A stretch of 64,000 nt of DNA from Iphione sp. A-MEVVRFRX5 (lineage: Eukaryota): NCBI GenBank assembly GCA_976226885.1, contig OZ320318.1, forward strand, positions 17,360,001 through 17,424,000, in the 5' to 3' direction. The translations under genes were made by a program, and so were the position numbers. The notes beneath the pieces are model-generated. The model ran no database searches. It was not told the DNA's origin and was given only the letters and a program-made list of their open reading frames with translations. Positions 40,280 to 53,144 of the stretch are shown piece after piece. How positions within the stretch are numbered: position 1 is the first letter of the stretch; the number at the start of each line of letters is the position of its first letter.

Positions 40280-41000
40280 TAAGGTATGTGAATATAAACG
40301 TAACGTTCTCCTGTTATTCAATTTTATTACATTTTTGCATGTGACAGCAGGCTATCCATCATTTTATGCAAAAGAACATTGGAACAGGAGTAGCTTCAAT
40401 ACATATTTCTTTGATATAATACAAACCTCCGCTCTTGAGGAGAAACTCTATTTGCAAGTTTGGTGAAGTTGACTAATCAAGTGGCATGTGTTCGTTTTCA
40501 CTGGAGTCTCCAAAGAAAGGTGAGTTGGGTATCATCTGATAGTGAGATGAAAGTATTTTCAGGTTCTTGATGGATGACCTTTATCATCTCTTTTTGTTAG
40601 GGATCCACAATGACACAAACATCACTATCAAAGATATCAGCCTAGACCTTCCGAGAGAAATGCACAGAAAATATTGGCCTGCATAACCTTAATTCAGCAG
40701 CCTATTTTGATATATTGCCATCCTTTCAACAGAACAAAAGCATGGTATTAACAACTGTCTAGGTCCCAAAGAGAAGAGTAAAAAACTCTTATTGCTAGAT
40801 CACAATACTACAATATTACAACAATGCTTTCATATTCTTGTGCAAGCTGTTTAAACTTCACCATTGTGCAAGCTGTTGCAAGGTAACTAATGGTGTAATA
40901 AGACACCTTGCTTCAGTACGTCTCTGTTAATACTGGTGAAAACAGGTATTGGTACCTCACATAGGTTTATGTGGAAAATCTAAAGACACGGAGTTCAGCT
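40280..41000 (-). repeat. Dispersed paralogous segment 'Y', copy 3 (more diverged, with insertion)
   Basis: Shared aaggtatgtgaatata, caa.agaacaaaagcat, ctagatcacaatacta, ccattgtgcaagctgttgcaa, tatgtggaaaatct.aaga.ac. Confidence 0.65.
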
Positions 41001-41807
41001 ATATCTACTAAACATCTATTCACGGTTGGTATTTGTCCTCTTTTGCAGTAGATACATGCAAAGTACCAGAGAATACCACATTAGGGACACATCTCCAATG
41101 GGGACGTCTCTAAAAGGGACACTTTTAGGGAGAACACATCTTTTCTATTGTTAATATTATTCATGCCTTTTTTCAGCTGGTAATATATCATAAGATGCCT
41201 GAATTTGCTACCAGAAATTTTAACTTTTGGTGCTGCCAATGGAATATATGACGGTTCTAACATAGATTAGATAAGTATAAAATCATATTAATTTACGTAG
41301 TCATTATTTTAGCTTTTATGTCAAAAACGACATGTACCTTACTAATACTACTGTAATGGATCACATCTGGTCCTCGTGCAAATGAAAAAAACTGTTTTTA
41401 GTCTTAGTAGATAACCATAGAAATCTCATTAGCCATTCCATTTGTGGATCACTTTACCATATATACCCAAGATAAGGTTAGCTACTAGCAAGCTCAGTAT
41501 TAAGTAATCTCTCTGTCTCTCTCAGTCTCTCTCACTGCCATCTCTGAAAATTCTTCTCCCTCTCCTGCTACCTTGTAAGATGTAGATGATGAGTTACCTT
41601 GTTCACATGTGACATGACACTGGGAAACAAGTTTTACCAGGAGTGGTTTCTGCTGACATTCTAAGAACATGAGTACCTGACAAAAATTTGTTTGCACAGT
41701 TAAGTACTACTTGGTAATGTATAACTATACACTTTACATTAGACAGGTGCTTTGGGAACATTATTAGCAACATTACATTCTCTATCACAATAAGTACTGT
41801 GTTACAT

Positions 41808-41824
41808 CTCTCTCTCTTTCTTTC

Positions 41825-41871
<47 letters not shown>

Positions 41872-42001
41872 TTCTCCAAGAGGTGCCTTCGGCACTTGCA
41901 CTCACTGACTGAGCTGTCTGCAATTTTGCTTGTTTAAACCTCTCTCTTTCTCCTCTGTTTCTGTCTCCCTCTCTGTCTCTTTTTCTGTGTGTCTGGCTGT
42001 G

Positions 42002-42054
<53 letters not shown>
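41808..42054. repeat. (CT)n microsatellite cluster
   Basis: Interrupted (CT)n runs at ~41808-41876 and ~42004-42054. Confidence 0.95.
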
Positions 42055-42058
<4 letters not shown>

Positions 42059-45000
42059 GAGGTGCATTGATATACCTCTCAACAAGAGAGATACATTAAG
42101 AGACAGACAGCATCCAATTTAGTTGTGGCCGATATTCACTATGTTCACCACTGCGGACTTGGTTGGTGGCCAATTTTTGTTGATTTGCATGAACACACAG
42201 ATACACACAGATCTACAGACATGTGCACAGCCATATCATTAGTACTGCCATGGCCTGAACTATTTTCCGACAACGTTTTATATAGATACATGCAGTGTAC
42301 TTATGTGTTGGACCATGGCGTGGCTATCCCATGCAGTTCATACAGGTTATGCGTTGGTTAATTAAGACCATGGCAAAGTTAACAATGCATTGGATCCTCC
42401 TGGTGATGGTGGAGTATCCTCTATCTATTCAGCATATGATTAAATGTCACATAGTCTACTGTGTAAATAGTGGAGAACATGATAGCGATGAATGGATTAC
42501 GAGTTTGAATCGTATTGTGGCAAGACCATAAAAAAACTGCTCCGTATTGTCAGCTGTTTCCCTAGCAGAAACGAAGTACAGTAACACATACTCGATTCAC
42601 TGGCCGAATTAATTGTTTCCTGCAGTAAAACATGCGGGTAATATCATTGTCACCGCCTTGAATCGCAATTAGCGCTTGGTATTGATCGAAGTTTCCAGTC
42701 ACAATATGCTCTGTCAGAGAACTCAATGAAATGCCTTGCTAGTAGTTGACATGTATTCTCCATTCAATCTCCCCAAAAGTATTGTTAGAGGTTTCGTCCA
42801 TGACTACCAAAAAATACAAGAAAAGAGATATACGGCAGTCACTCAGAATTAAGACCACTAATTGGACCAGACACAGTTGCCCTTAATTGTGAGAAATTAA
42901 GCTATGGGGACTAACCAAACTTGCCCTTATTCCTGGGTTGTTCCCCTAGTAAGGTTGCACACAAGGTCAGTTGCTACTGTATGTTATTTGCCACAGACAT
43001 CTTGAGTTTAGGACCCTGTCCAAGCTGTGCAAGCACTGATTTGTTCAGATCCTTCTGCCAAGGGGGTAGGGTTGGAAGGGTCCATTTGTAAAGTGATATG
43101 TTGAGGGGTTGTTCACTGCTTGACTGCCTTGTGCCTAACATGCTCCAGGAGACGACCTAACCAGTTTTCCTAACCAGGATATGTTCCTTTGGTGATTGTT
43201 TTGGAGTTATTCATCACTCCAGCTCCCCAGAAAGATGTTCATCGTCGCCTCTGCTGAGGCTGTTTCTAACAGCTGATTTCAGCAGCTTAGGAAAAGTTTT
43301 AGTGCAACAGCTTCACTACAATTTTCCTTCTTAGAGCATGCAATCACTGAATAGGCGGTAAGTCCTGCTCGATCTGGTTTAGTTATTAGTGGTTAGTAGT
43401 GTGAATAAACTTGCTCTTCTTGCACATTATTCCTGACGTCCTGTATTTAGTATAGATATATGCTTATTCAGTGTAATGCCCATTCAAGCCTTGATGTTTA
43501 CAGATTCCGTAATGGTGAGCTGTTGTCAACTTGTGTGGCTTTTCTATGCCAGCGTTTACTGCACACTTCACAATACAATGTAGTTGGATTATGCAGAATT
43601 CTGTAGATCTCTTCAATGGAGCAGCATACCTTATGGACTTTGATCTCGTTCTATTCGACAATTATGGTCAACTTTGGAATTTTTCTCTTGGAGTTCACTT
43701 GACATACGTCATACTTCAATCTAGTCTGCTCTTTCTACTTGTACTCAATCAGTATTGATCCAGACCTGACGCTTGCGTAGTTTATGCTTGGCTTTAAATA
43801 TGTCAAGTCTTTTTTGGTTATGCATAAGTTTCAGTAAAATACCTACTCTTCCTGGTACCTTATAGGTATGATTTATATCGTTTACTTCAATATCTTCCTA
43901 AATAGATGCTATGCGGTTTGCAGCCTCTCACGGTAAATTCTCCCTGGCCTCTCATTCCAATCTTTCTATGAGCAAATTGGTCAATATAGAACATTTGTTT
44001 CCAAACTTCTAATCAGTTATCTTATCTCATGTGTCATATGTATAATGCTGGAGAGAGATTTTCCTTCAATTTTTCAGTTTCAGATTATCGCCCAAGGTAT
44101 CGTTCCTCTGAGATTTTGCTTGTGTAGTGGCTTAGCAACATAATTTTTTTTTAAATTTGACTTGCCACAATCAGAACTCATACACTCCTCGATTTCTCTT
44201 ATGTTATTCTCTCTTTGTGTATGTATTTCCATCATACAAGCCTAGAGAGATATTTTTTTCATTTTAGGATTTGGTCTCTTCGCCATCCACCTGCCGTTGG
44301 GCTGCTGTAAGCAGGCTTTTTGTCCTCTTCCGTATTCTCCTCCTTGTCTTAGGTGGATTTACCAGAGTTAGCATACTCAGTGTAATCATGTAGTTGTTTG
44401 GCCTACTTTTCATTACTTTTCCGAATACACTCGTTCATACCCCTGTTTGACCACTTTACTTGACGTTCCTTTATCGGCCAGTGATTGGCAATGTAACCTT
44501 TTGCCTGTTTCTGTGTCTGGCTCCTCCCTCCCCTCGTTAGGTAGGTTCAAAGCCTCTTTTTATTGCTCTAAACACTGGTTATTTCAGAGTTTTGATATAT
44601 TCACTTTTCTTGAACAGTTCTCTGTAGACTCTAGTATGTTGACTGTTTTAATATCATGTTAAAGTAACCATAGTCATATGCATTACCCAGTAATTGTAGG
44701 CGTAAGTGTGGTAACACCGGGGCATTAGTATTATATGCATTGTAATGAGCCTGATGTTAGGATAATAGGTACCCTGTGTGCAACCGCACATACATATCAA
44801 GTGTTTATACATCATAAATCATTTCTTGTAATGTAAATGATATTGATCTTGTTGTTGGTGTGAAGTCATTACATTATCGATCACTTCATATTAGATTCAT
44901 TCCATTATATATCTCTTGACTGACATGCACCCCTGACTACACAGCGTTACAGACCACTGCGGAGTGTTACAATTTCTTTGAGATAGAAATGAATAATTTT

Positions 45001-46483
45001 ACACACAGATAAACAACAAAATTGAATCCTAGTATGATCTACTGCCTAGCGCCAGAGTTGTTTGAGTCTTTACAGACATATTCTGACTGAAAGATAGTGA
45101 TGTGTTATTCTGGATAGCAAAGGGACTGATGTCAAGATATGAGGTACCGTGTATGCAGTTACACATCAGCCTATTATTCATCACCATCAACCCAAGGAGG
45201 GTCGTATTTGCTTGCATAAGTAATGCATATGAGCATAACCAAATTGATGTTATTACTCCCAGAGCACCTAATATCTAGCTGTTGCCAGTAATGGTTCTTG
45301 TGCAAGGGCCAACCAGTGAGTCCATTGTGTGTACAGACCACCAAAGTGATAAGCTCAGTACTTTTCAAGCAAGTTTGCGAACTGCTTTGCACTCAGGATC
45401 ATCATGCTGAAGATTAGCTACCTTTCTAATTGGGGATTTCAGTGTGAATTGGTTATCCCTCCCACCCATTCCACAAGACATAAACTTGGTGATCTTATTT
45501 TCGGGCTTGGCCCCAAACAGCTTCTCACAGGCAGAACTAGACTGATGACTTGAACTTGTTGAGATATAACATCTTAACAAAGCTAAATTATGTTGCCTTG
45601 CAAAAATGACATCTGCTTGAGTAGTTTTAATCCCATGATACATTTCTATATAAGTAGGAATTAGCCCATGCACGATGGATATTTCCTATTAGACTGTCAG
45701 ATAATAAACACTATTCTTACTACAATTAAACCTGTTTCACTTGAATGGGCTACATTGTAGCCATCCTTAATCTTATTCATCTTGTCTCTACCAGCAACAG
45801 CCATACATAGAAAAATGCAATTGAAATGATCCTTTAGGAACACTCTTAGAGCAGCTCAGCATACATCAGCAGACAAACTCTTCTTTCAGTTTGTAATTCT
45901 GTATTAAATTTGTTGCATTCGATAACCATATATTTTATCATAAAACTATGTTTAAGCTGCTACTATATAAAAATTAAATCTACTCACAACATAGGCAATT
46001 TCAGATAAATTCACTGAAAAACCTGGTCACAGCTGATGGTTGCAGTGTGCTTAACAGTCATCTCTATGGGGCTTCATAGAAGGGTCATTCATTCATTACA
46101 TCTGAGAAGTCTAGAAGAGTAAATTTTTATGATTTGATAAACATATTTTGAGTAATGAATTACAACAATCGTTTCTAAATATATTCATTCATCTCTGAAT
46201 CACCAGGTAGCAGTTCTGAGGACATACACATAGGGTCATCGTACAGGTAAGACCCAATTTCTTAAATGTAGAGGATCATTGTAAAAAGATGAACTATAAC
46301 TATAACAATGAATTCCTGCATTGGAGATTAATAAAGCTTAACAAATGTTCATATGAGCCTTTAAAAATTGGTTATATATATTAACTGTATCATCATCTTT
46401 GGAAAAGTTCATACGAACATGGCGACTGAGTAGACGTGTTATGAGTCGGCTCCACCAGTAAGGTACACCATCGATCAATCAAC

Positions 46484-48124
46484 ATGGGTAAATGCTCTGC
46501 GCTGAATAATTCAAAAGGCACTGGTCTTGTGAACACACCTGTGTTTCGTCCAAGAGGAAGAGGTCGTTCCCTAATGCATGATTCTCCTGCCCGAAATGGT
46601 ACCCTGAGGGTGGGTGATAATGGAGGAATGACGGCAGATAGATCGGGTGTCAAGGACGCCGTAAACAAAGGCGCTGTCAAAGAGAGTGGTGACAACGATG
46701 CAGACCGGACCGGGTGCGGCTCTGCTGGCGCGCCGGGGACGGATAATGTGACAGTCGCTGTTGACAGTGCTGACAAGCCAAGGAATACGGAGTCCGAGCC
46801 GAGCCCTGGAAACGACAACAACGGTGAGTTGACGGGAGAAGATAATATGGCCAACGATGACACTGAAGCAGGCTCAGACTGTGCTAAAAGATCGAATACA
46901 AGTGGAGGTGGATCCAATGATTTGACTGGAAAACCTGATTTGCAATTTGATGTCAATGTCTTAAACGAGCTGAGGCAGGAACTGAACAGTTTCAAAAAAT
47001 CAACGTCAGAAGAGATCAGAGCACTTAAACAGGAAATCGCAGTGCTGAGGCTTGATAAATGTAGATTAGAGTCTCAGCTGAGGAATGCTGAAGCTGAGAA
47101 AAAGATGAACGATGAGTCGTCTGAGTGGAGCGCTATGAAAGCAAAGCTCGAGAGTGTGAAGTTAAAGTGCAACCGAGTGGACAAAGACCTATCCAGGATG
47201 GAGATCTCGAATCGATCTAGAAGGGTCATTGTTGAAGGAATTCATAAATCAAATGCCAAAAACCTGCATAATTATCTGACGAAGCTGGTTCGCGATGTTG
47301 CCAAGATCGACAAGCGTGATGTGTCAAGCACTTCCCTCGTCGCAGAGGATGACCGGAGCATTCGTGCGATGTTGATCTTTGAGACTCATCAGCACAGGAA
47401 CAACTTCATGAAGAACAGGGCAAAGTTGGCGACCATACAACAATATAGCAACATCTACCTGAGAGAGGATATCCCAATCAGGGCCCAGGATTCGTATAGG
47501 AGGCAATGTAGGGTAGCTTCGGCTGCTAGACAAGCGGGGAGACGCGCGATGGTGAAAGGCTTGGACGTAATTATTGACAGTGAGAGATTCGCCCCTGGGG
47601 ACAGTGATGCTCTACCGACCGACGTGAAAGAGAAATTATTTCAAACAAACGAGGTCGAAGGAGAAATACAGTTCACCAATGTGACCCCCGGGCTGTCTCC
47701 AATGGAACATACGCTGATGTTTATCAATAATGAATTCTTCGAAAACATCGAAAGTGCGTATCAAATTGCAAAGTCTCGCGAGTGTGAGAGTGGGACGAAG
47801 GTGAAGGCCATTCGTGACTCGACAAGTGGTTTTGAGGCGAGACGTTTGGGATCGAGCATGGAAACTTTGTCAAGATGGGAGGAAGAGTGCGAGGTAATAC
47901 TTGAAAACCTGTACAAACATAAGCTCCTATTGCATCCGCAGTTAAAAGATTGTCTGCTTCGTACGGGTAAACATCGCATTTCATATGTTGACTGGGACTT
48001 GGTACTTGGAACTGGGATGCGGTGGGGAGAAAACCGGTCTGATCCGGATAAACTGAGCGGAGCGAACCTGTTGGGAAGGGTTCTTCAAAACATACGTGAC
48101 ACTGTATTGTCATCTTCCTCTTAA
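46484..48124 (+). CDS. Element B ORF1 (546 aa, open): disordered N-terminus, coiled coil, L1-type RRM/CTD, C-terminal divergent NADAR domain
   Basis: Coiled coil LNELRQELNSFKKSTSEEIRALKQEI; RSRRVIVEGI..IYLREDIP. NADAR-like FENIESAYQIAK..WEEECEVILENLYKHKLLLHPQLKDCLLRTG..LGTG..GANLLGRVLQNIRD. Confidence 0.9.
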   Translation: MGKCSALNNSKGTGLVNTPVFRPRGRGRSLMHDSPARNGTLRVGDNGGMTADRSGVKDAVNKGAVKESGDNDADRTGCGSAGAPGTDNVTVAVDSADKPRNTESEPSPGNDNNGELTGEDNMANDDTEAGSDCAKRSNTSGGGSNDLTGKPDLQFDVNVLNELRQELNSFKKSTSEEIRALKQEIAVLRLDKCRLESQLRNAEAEKKMNDESSEWSAMKAKLESVKLKCNRVDKDLSRMEISNRSRRVIVEGIHKSNAKNLHNYLTKLVRDVAKIDKRDVSSTSLVAEDDRSIRAMLIFETHQHRNNFMKNRAKLATIQQYSNIYLREDIPIRAQDSYRRQCRVASAARQAGRRAMVKGLDVIIDSERFAPGDSDALPTDVKEKLFQTNEVEGEIQFTNVTPGLSPMEHTLMFINNEFFENIESAYQIAKSRECESGTKVKAIRDSTSGFEARRLGSSMETLSRWEEECEVILENLYKHKLLLHPQLKDCLLRTGKHRISYVDWDLVLGTGMRWGENRSDPDKLSGANLLGRVLQNIRDTVLSSSS

Positions 48125-48173
48125 TTGTGGGGTAAATCTACTTGTCAATGAATCCACTGGTACTGTGTATTGA

Positions 48174-48920
48174 TTTACAGAGTGGTCGATCGTTAGGGGC
48201 AGTGATCTTGATGGAGGCAGACGGTGTCGCGTCTTGTTTATCACCGACGACAGAACGCATACTGCCCTGACACTAATGATGCGGGAGAGCTTGCCACCCC
48301 TTACCATGCATATTCTACAAGTGCCCAAAGCAACCTACGAGTGGCTTTGGAAGGAGAGGTTCTACGTGGATGTAACATCTTATGACCTGATACTGCTGGC
48401 CATGGGCCAACAGGAGCTTCTACGATGGGAGACAGGTCAATGGGCGGTACGTCATCGGAGCCCCATGCGGTATAACGAAGTGTTGGGCTACTACATCAGC
48501 AAACTAACATTGTGGGCGCGTGGCCCAGTAGGAACGGGGCCGCGCTTGATGTGTTGCCCGATGGCTGGGATGTCGCTGAGCAGGATCGAGCCCGACATAA
48601 TTGATGCGTGCGAGCAGCAAATCCTGAACGCCATGTGTACGATTCATAACTACTATGCTGAAAGCACTGCGCTGCGATATGGCTTGACATCAGCTCGGCT
48701 GGACTGGCCGATAAACATCTATGACGCCAACAGCTTGTCACTGCGCTTGGACAGGCTTAGGCCAGATGGCGTAGCAGTGGTTGAGGAGGTCTGTGTAATG
48801 TGGGCACAGGCCCTTGCTGAGTGTATCAAGGCGTTCTCTGCGAAATACTGCTGGGAGCGGCGAATCATCAGTGTGCCGGTCTCATGCAGCGACAGCGAGC
48901 GGAATGTGGACAATGAGTAG
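48174..48920 (+). CDS. Element B ORF2: SGNH-fold-like protein lacking catalytic residues
   Basis: Frame open from 48174 with no in-frame ATG before RVLFITDDRT, so the start is uncertain. YDLILLAMGQQ and LRPDGVA correspond to SGNH blocks III and V. Homologous to A and D ORF2. Confidence 0.7.
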   Translation, partial: FTEWSIVRGSDLDGGRRCRVLFITDDRTHTALTLMMRESLPPLTMHILQVPKATYEWLWKERFYVDVTSYDLILLAMGQQELLRWETGQWAVRHRSPMRYNEVLGYYISKLTLWARGPVGTGPRLMCCPMAGMSLSRIEPDIIDACEQQILNAMCTIHNYYAESTALRYGLTSARLDWPINIYDANSLSLRLDRLRPDGVAVVEEVCVMWAQALAECIKAFSAKYCWERRIISVPVSCSDSERNVDNE

Positions 48921-50358
48921 GTACTGACAATCGTTCTTGGCAGTGGCAGCTCTGATTGACTTGAAAGTTGAGTAGTGACTTTGGTATCATGGTAATTCAA
49001 GGATATTTGGATGCTGAATGGTTACTTATGAGAACATTTACTATAAAAATTGATGATATTATCAGCAAGTTCTACTTACCATAACAATCGTTTTATTGCA
49101 ACCGGGTCTTTTTATATGTACTACCTCGCCATTACTAGTATGTTAATTGATATATGTTTTATGGTGTGCTCAAGAGCGTCAGCTGGATTGTTGTATTAGA
49201 GTGTGGGATTGGTTTGGCACTCGTATGTATCTGTGGTAAAGTTGTCTCTGTAAGTCAGCTTAAATGATTCGCGAGTAACTACATTTGGGTGGACAGGACC
49301 TGCATATCATGATCGAGACACTGCCCAAGTACAGAGCTATGATGAACATTACAGCCATTTGCTATCTGCAATGTTATCTGGAGATATTCTCATGGTAATC
49401 GGGATGTGCTAATTTGAGAATTTGAAATCACTATATCGTCGACAGACTGGTAGATCTGGTACCTGGTTACTTGTGATTATCATGAGATTCATATCCGTAT
49501 GTATCCAAGATCCCTTGTGCCGTCGTGAAGGGTATTTGATTTCCGTACTAAGTGCAACAATTTGGTAAATAGCTATCTGACACTGAACCACGATTTTTAG
49601 CAAACTGAAAAATTTTGTAATTGATTGGTTATATCTCAGGTATGAATCGTTTACTTCTTGAATATTAAAGTGTTTTTATCGCACTGATTTTTTGCACCTG
49701 TTCATTTCTGTGTCGCATCCAGATATGACTCACCATAGTACATATGAAAACAATATACAGCAGACTTGCTCATGTTTGTATTTCACCCGAAATTTGCAAT
49801 AACAAAGCTAGCTAGTATTAGGTGACACATTATCAAACAAAATTGTTTCCTCTAAGTCATCAGCTACGTGTAAATTAGATACTCGCAACAAAGTAAAATT
49901 TGTACATGTAATATGCTATATGTGCTAGTAGTGTGTGCCCTCTTGGGCGTGATATTTATCTACCGAGCGTGGCAACAGGCAGGGACAGGCATTGAGTGTA
50001 CACTCGCTACTGTTACTGCTGCATAATAACACTGGTGGATAAGCAATTAAACAGGGGTAGGGAAAGGGGGGGTGAGAAAGCTTCTCAACGATTTATGCTA
50101 CAGCTATGAGTGTTATCCATGTTATGGTGTACTTGCTGGGGGGGCAGACCAAACCAATAATAGTGCTTAAAAAACAGTATTCTTCTGCAACTAGGGTTCA
50201 TGTAATACTTTTTGTATCTCAGCTGCGCCCATCCGTCACCAGCTATTCTAACCACAACTAAACAGAAACTTTCTATCTCTTGACTAATATTCCTGGGTAG
50301 GAGGTTATTACAATATTCCAATTAACACTCTTACTGCTGGGGGGGGGGGGCTTCAACC

Positions 50359-53144
50359 ATGAGACCGCTGAACATAGTGCATTACAACGTGAGGAGTTTG
50401 AGGAAGAAGCTGACTGAGTTGGAGTTGAACATGACTGAGGACAATGTGTCCATATGCGTTGTCAGTGAGACCTGGTTAAATGACACTTATCAGGATGGGG
50501 AAATAGCAATTAAGGGGTACTACACAGTAAGACAAGATAGAGCAGGCAAGGGAAAGAAGCATGGGGGGGGCCTTTTGTTCTACATCAAGAAAGGTATTGA
50601 TTTGCGACACACATGGAGGTTCAATCACGAGGAGTCATTATGCGAAGCCTTGGGGGTCAAGGTCAAGGCCGGGAACAGAAGACCGATAAACATCATACAT
50701 ACCGATAAAGCATATACAGACCTCCCAACGACAAGATGAAGGACTCTACAGGGGCCATCTCAAATATCCTAGACAATGTGGGAAGGAGTAATAGGGAGGA
50801 CTTCATAGCCTTGGGAGACCTCAACTACTACTTGCGAGATTGTAACAAAAGTGGCGCTAGCATTAGTAATGCATTTGCTGGCCGCGGATATGTCCAGTTA
50901 CGGACGGGACCAACAATGGTGGACTCGGAAAGGTGCCTTGACCACATCTGGGTAAGGAATGTGGCGAAATGCTCAGCAGCGACGCTGACCTGGTGCCTTA
51001 GTGACCACCTTCGAGTGATGCTCAGATACAACAGAGGAGCACCAAATAGGACGACCATCGACTTCAGGGTAAGGAAGTGGCATGATGTGGATGTCACGGA
51101 CTTGCATGGACGGTTAGTGGATGGAGGAATGAACTTCAAAGAAGATCCTGAATTGACATGGACTGACTTTGAAGAGAAAGCAAAAGGCCATCTGCTGAAA
51201 ATGTTCCAGAGAGGACGGTGCGGAGGAAGATTGGTCAGGATGGGTTCAAATTGGATGCTGGCATCAGAGAACTCATTAAGGATCGCTGTTACTACTTAAA
51301 GAAATGGCCCCATTTCAGATCGGAAGATGACCGTCGTATATTCAGGTATCTTGATGCCAAGGTGCCCAAATCGATCAAGCGAGTGAGGTGAGACTATTGG
51401 TATACAAAAATTGGGGCATGTGGTGGTGACAGTAGTAGGCTATGGAATACTGTGAACGAAGTGCTAGGCCGAGCAAGCAACACTACAGTACTACCGAAAC
51501 AATCAGGCGACAGAGACGGTGTAGTAGGCAACCTAGCGGATTCACTTAACAATCACTTCGTGGAAGAGGCAAGGAAGTTATCAGAAAATGCTATGACAGA
51601 TTACAACGTCCTGCGCAGGAGAGCTTGTCCCTCATTCGACGTGGGCTATCCCACGCCAGAAGAGCTACGTCCGATTGCGCAGCAACTCAATGTGAAGAAG
51701 TCGTCATTGAAGGCCTCCCCTCGGTGGTGCTGAAGCCCCTGCTGTTGCATTCGTTGGATCTGCTGGCCTGGATATTCAGGCGTATGCTCATCACAGGCAT
51801 TTACCCCTCCAGCTGGAAAATCACGCGGGTCACCCCCCTATACAAGAAAGGGGATCCTAAGAATTTAGGGAATTACCGACCCGTTTCGATTCTCCCGCTG
51901 CAGGGGAAGGTATTTGAAAAGTGGCTAATGTCGAAGGTGATGAGCAAGATAGAGGAGAGCGGATACCTGGGCCCGCATCAGCAGGGGTTCATATCCACGC
52001 GGAGCACTGAGACAGCGATGGTTTTAATACTCAACCATGCAATGGAGAAACTGAATCATGGGAGGTACTGCTGTGTGATGGCTTTCGATTTTAAGAAAGC
52101 CTTTGACTTGGTCCCCCATGATTTGGTGCTTCGTAGGTTTGTGGGTGCTGGGGCTAGCAGGGAGGTGACCACCTTGATGAAAAACTACTTTGAGAGCAGA
52201 TACCAGTTTGTGAGCTGCGCGGGTCAGGTCTGGGAGAAAAGACAGCTAGTAAGTGGGGTGCCACAGGGATTGGTAGTCGGCCCACATGCATTCAACCTAG
52301 TGGTCGACAGTGTGGTTGACTTTATTCCCAGTGGGGTCAAGGCTGTGTTGTATGCAGATGACCTGACCCTGATTGCGGCGCCAACGACCTGTTAAGACTA
52401 AGGGCACAAGTGCAAAATGCGGTTGATGCCGTTAAAAGGTGGAGTACATCCGTCAGACTGTACCTTAGTGAAAAGAAGTGCCTCTACATGCCGCTGGGGA
52501 AGGCTGCGGGCTTCAACCTTGATGTATCGCTGAATGGGACATCACTCCAGATTGTGAACTCAACATCGTTGCTTGGTTACCAAGTGGATGCCAAGCTTCG
52601 TTTCAAGGAAAGCGTTAAGGCTCTGAAGAAAAAGATGTGGTCCGCTGCATTGAAAGTGGGAAGAGTGAAGAATCTACTCCCAATGGCTGCAAGAGTTCGC
52701 TTGTTGCGGGCTCTCGTCATACCACATCTGCATTATGCAGCGGTATTACTGTATGGCACACCGGCTGCTGACATCTGCAAGGTCCAGGTGCACCTGAATA
52801 GGTGCTGTAGGATCGCGCTTCAAACAGTTAACTACCTATCTTTGAGGACACTGTCAAGCAAATTCGGCATAGAGTGCGTTTCTGATTTAGTGGAACGCAG
52901 AGGGGTGATGGCCGTACATAGGCAGATGCAGCTGGGGCTGCTTCCACTGGCTACTGTATCAAAGATGAGGCACGGTGGCTTCTCCAGGATAAAGCTGGAT
53001 CGGCCTAAATCACAGAAGGCTGCGTTGTCTTTGAGATACAAGGGTGCCTCAGTATGGAACCGGCTACCGCCCTATCTGAAGAATTGTCCGAAACCAGCCA
53101 TTAAGGAACGGCTACTGGGACAAGCAAACGAAGCAAGAGCCTAG
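50359..53144 (+). pseudogene. Element B ORF3: endonuclease + reverse transcriptase, frameshifted
   Basis: MRPLNIVHYNVRSL, VSETWL, LGDLN, LSDH; [38 protein letters not shown]; thumb and C-terminal region to 53144. Confidence 0.95.

Noticed and set aside
41603-41923. ORF with an (ER)n run
   Set aside because: Translation of a (CT)n microsatellite.
45029-45673. Cluster of short minus-strand ORFs (includes SACEKLFG)
   Set aside because: Only a fleeting resemblance to DNA-transposase motifs; not supportable.
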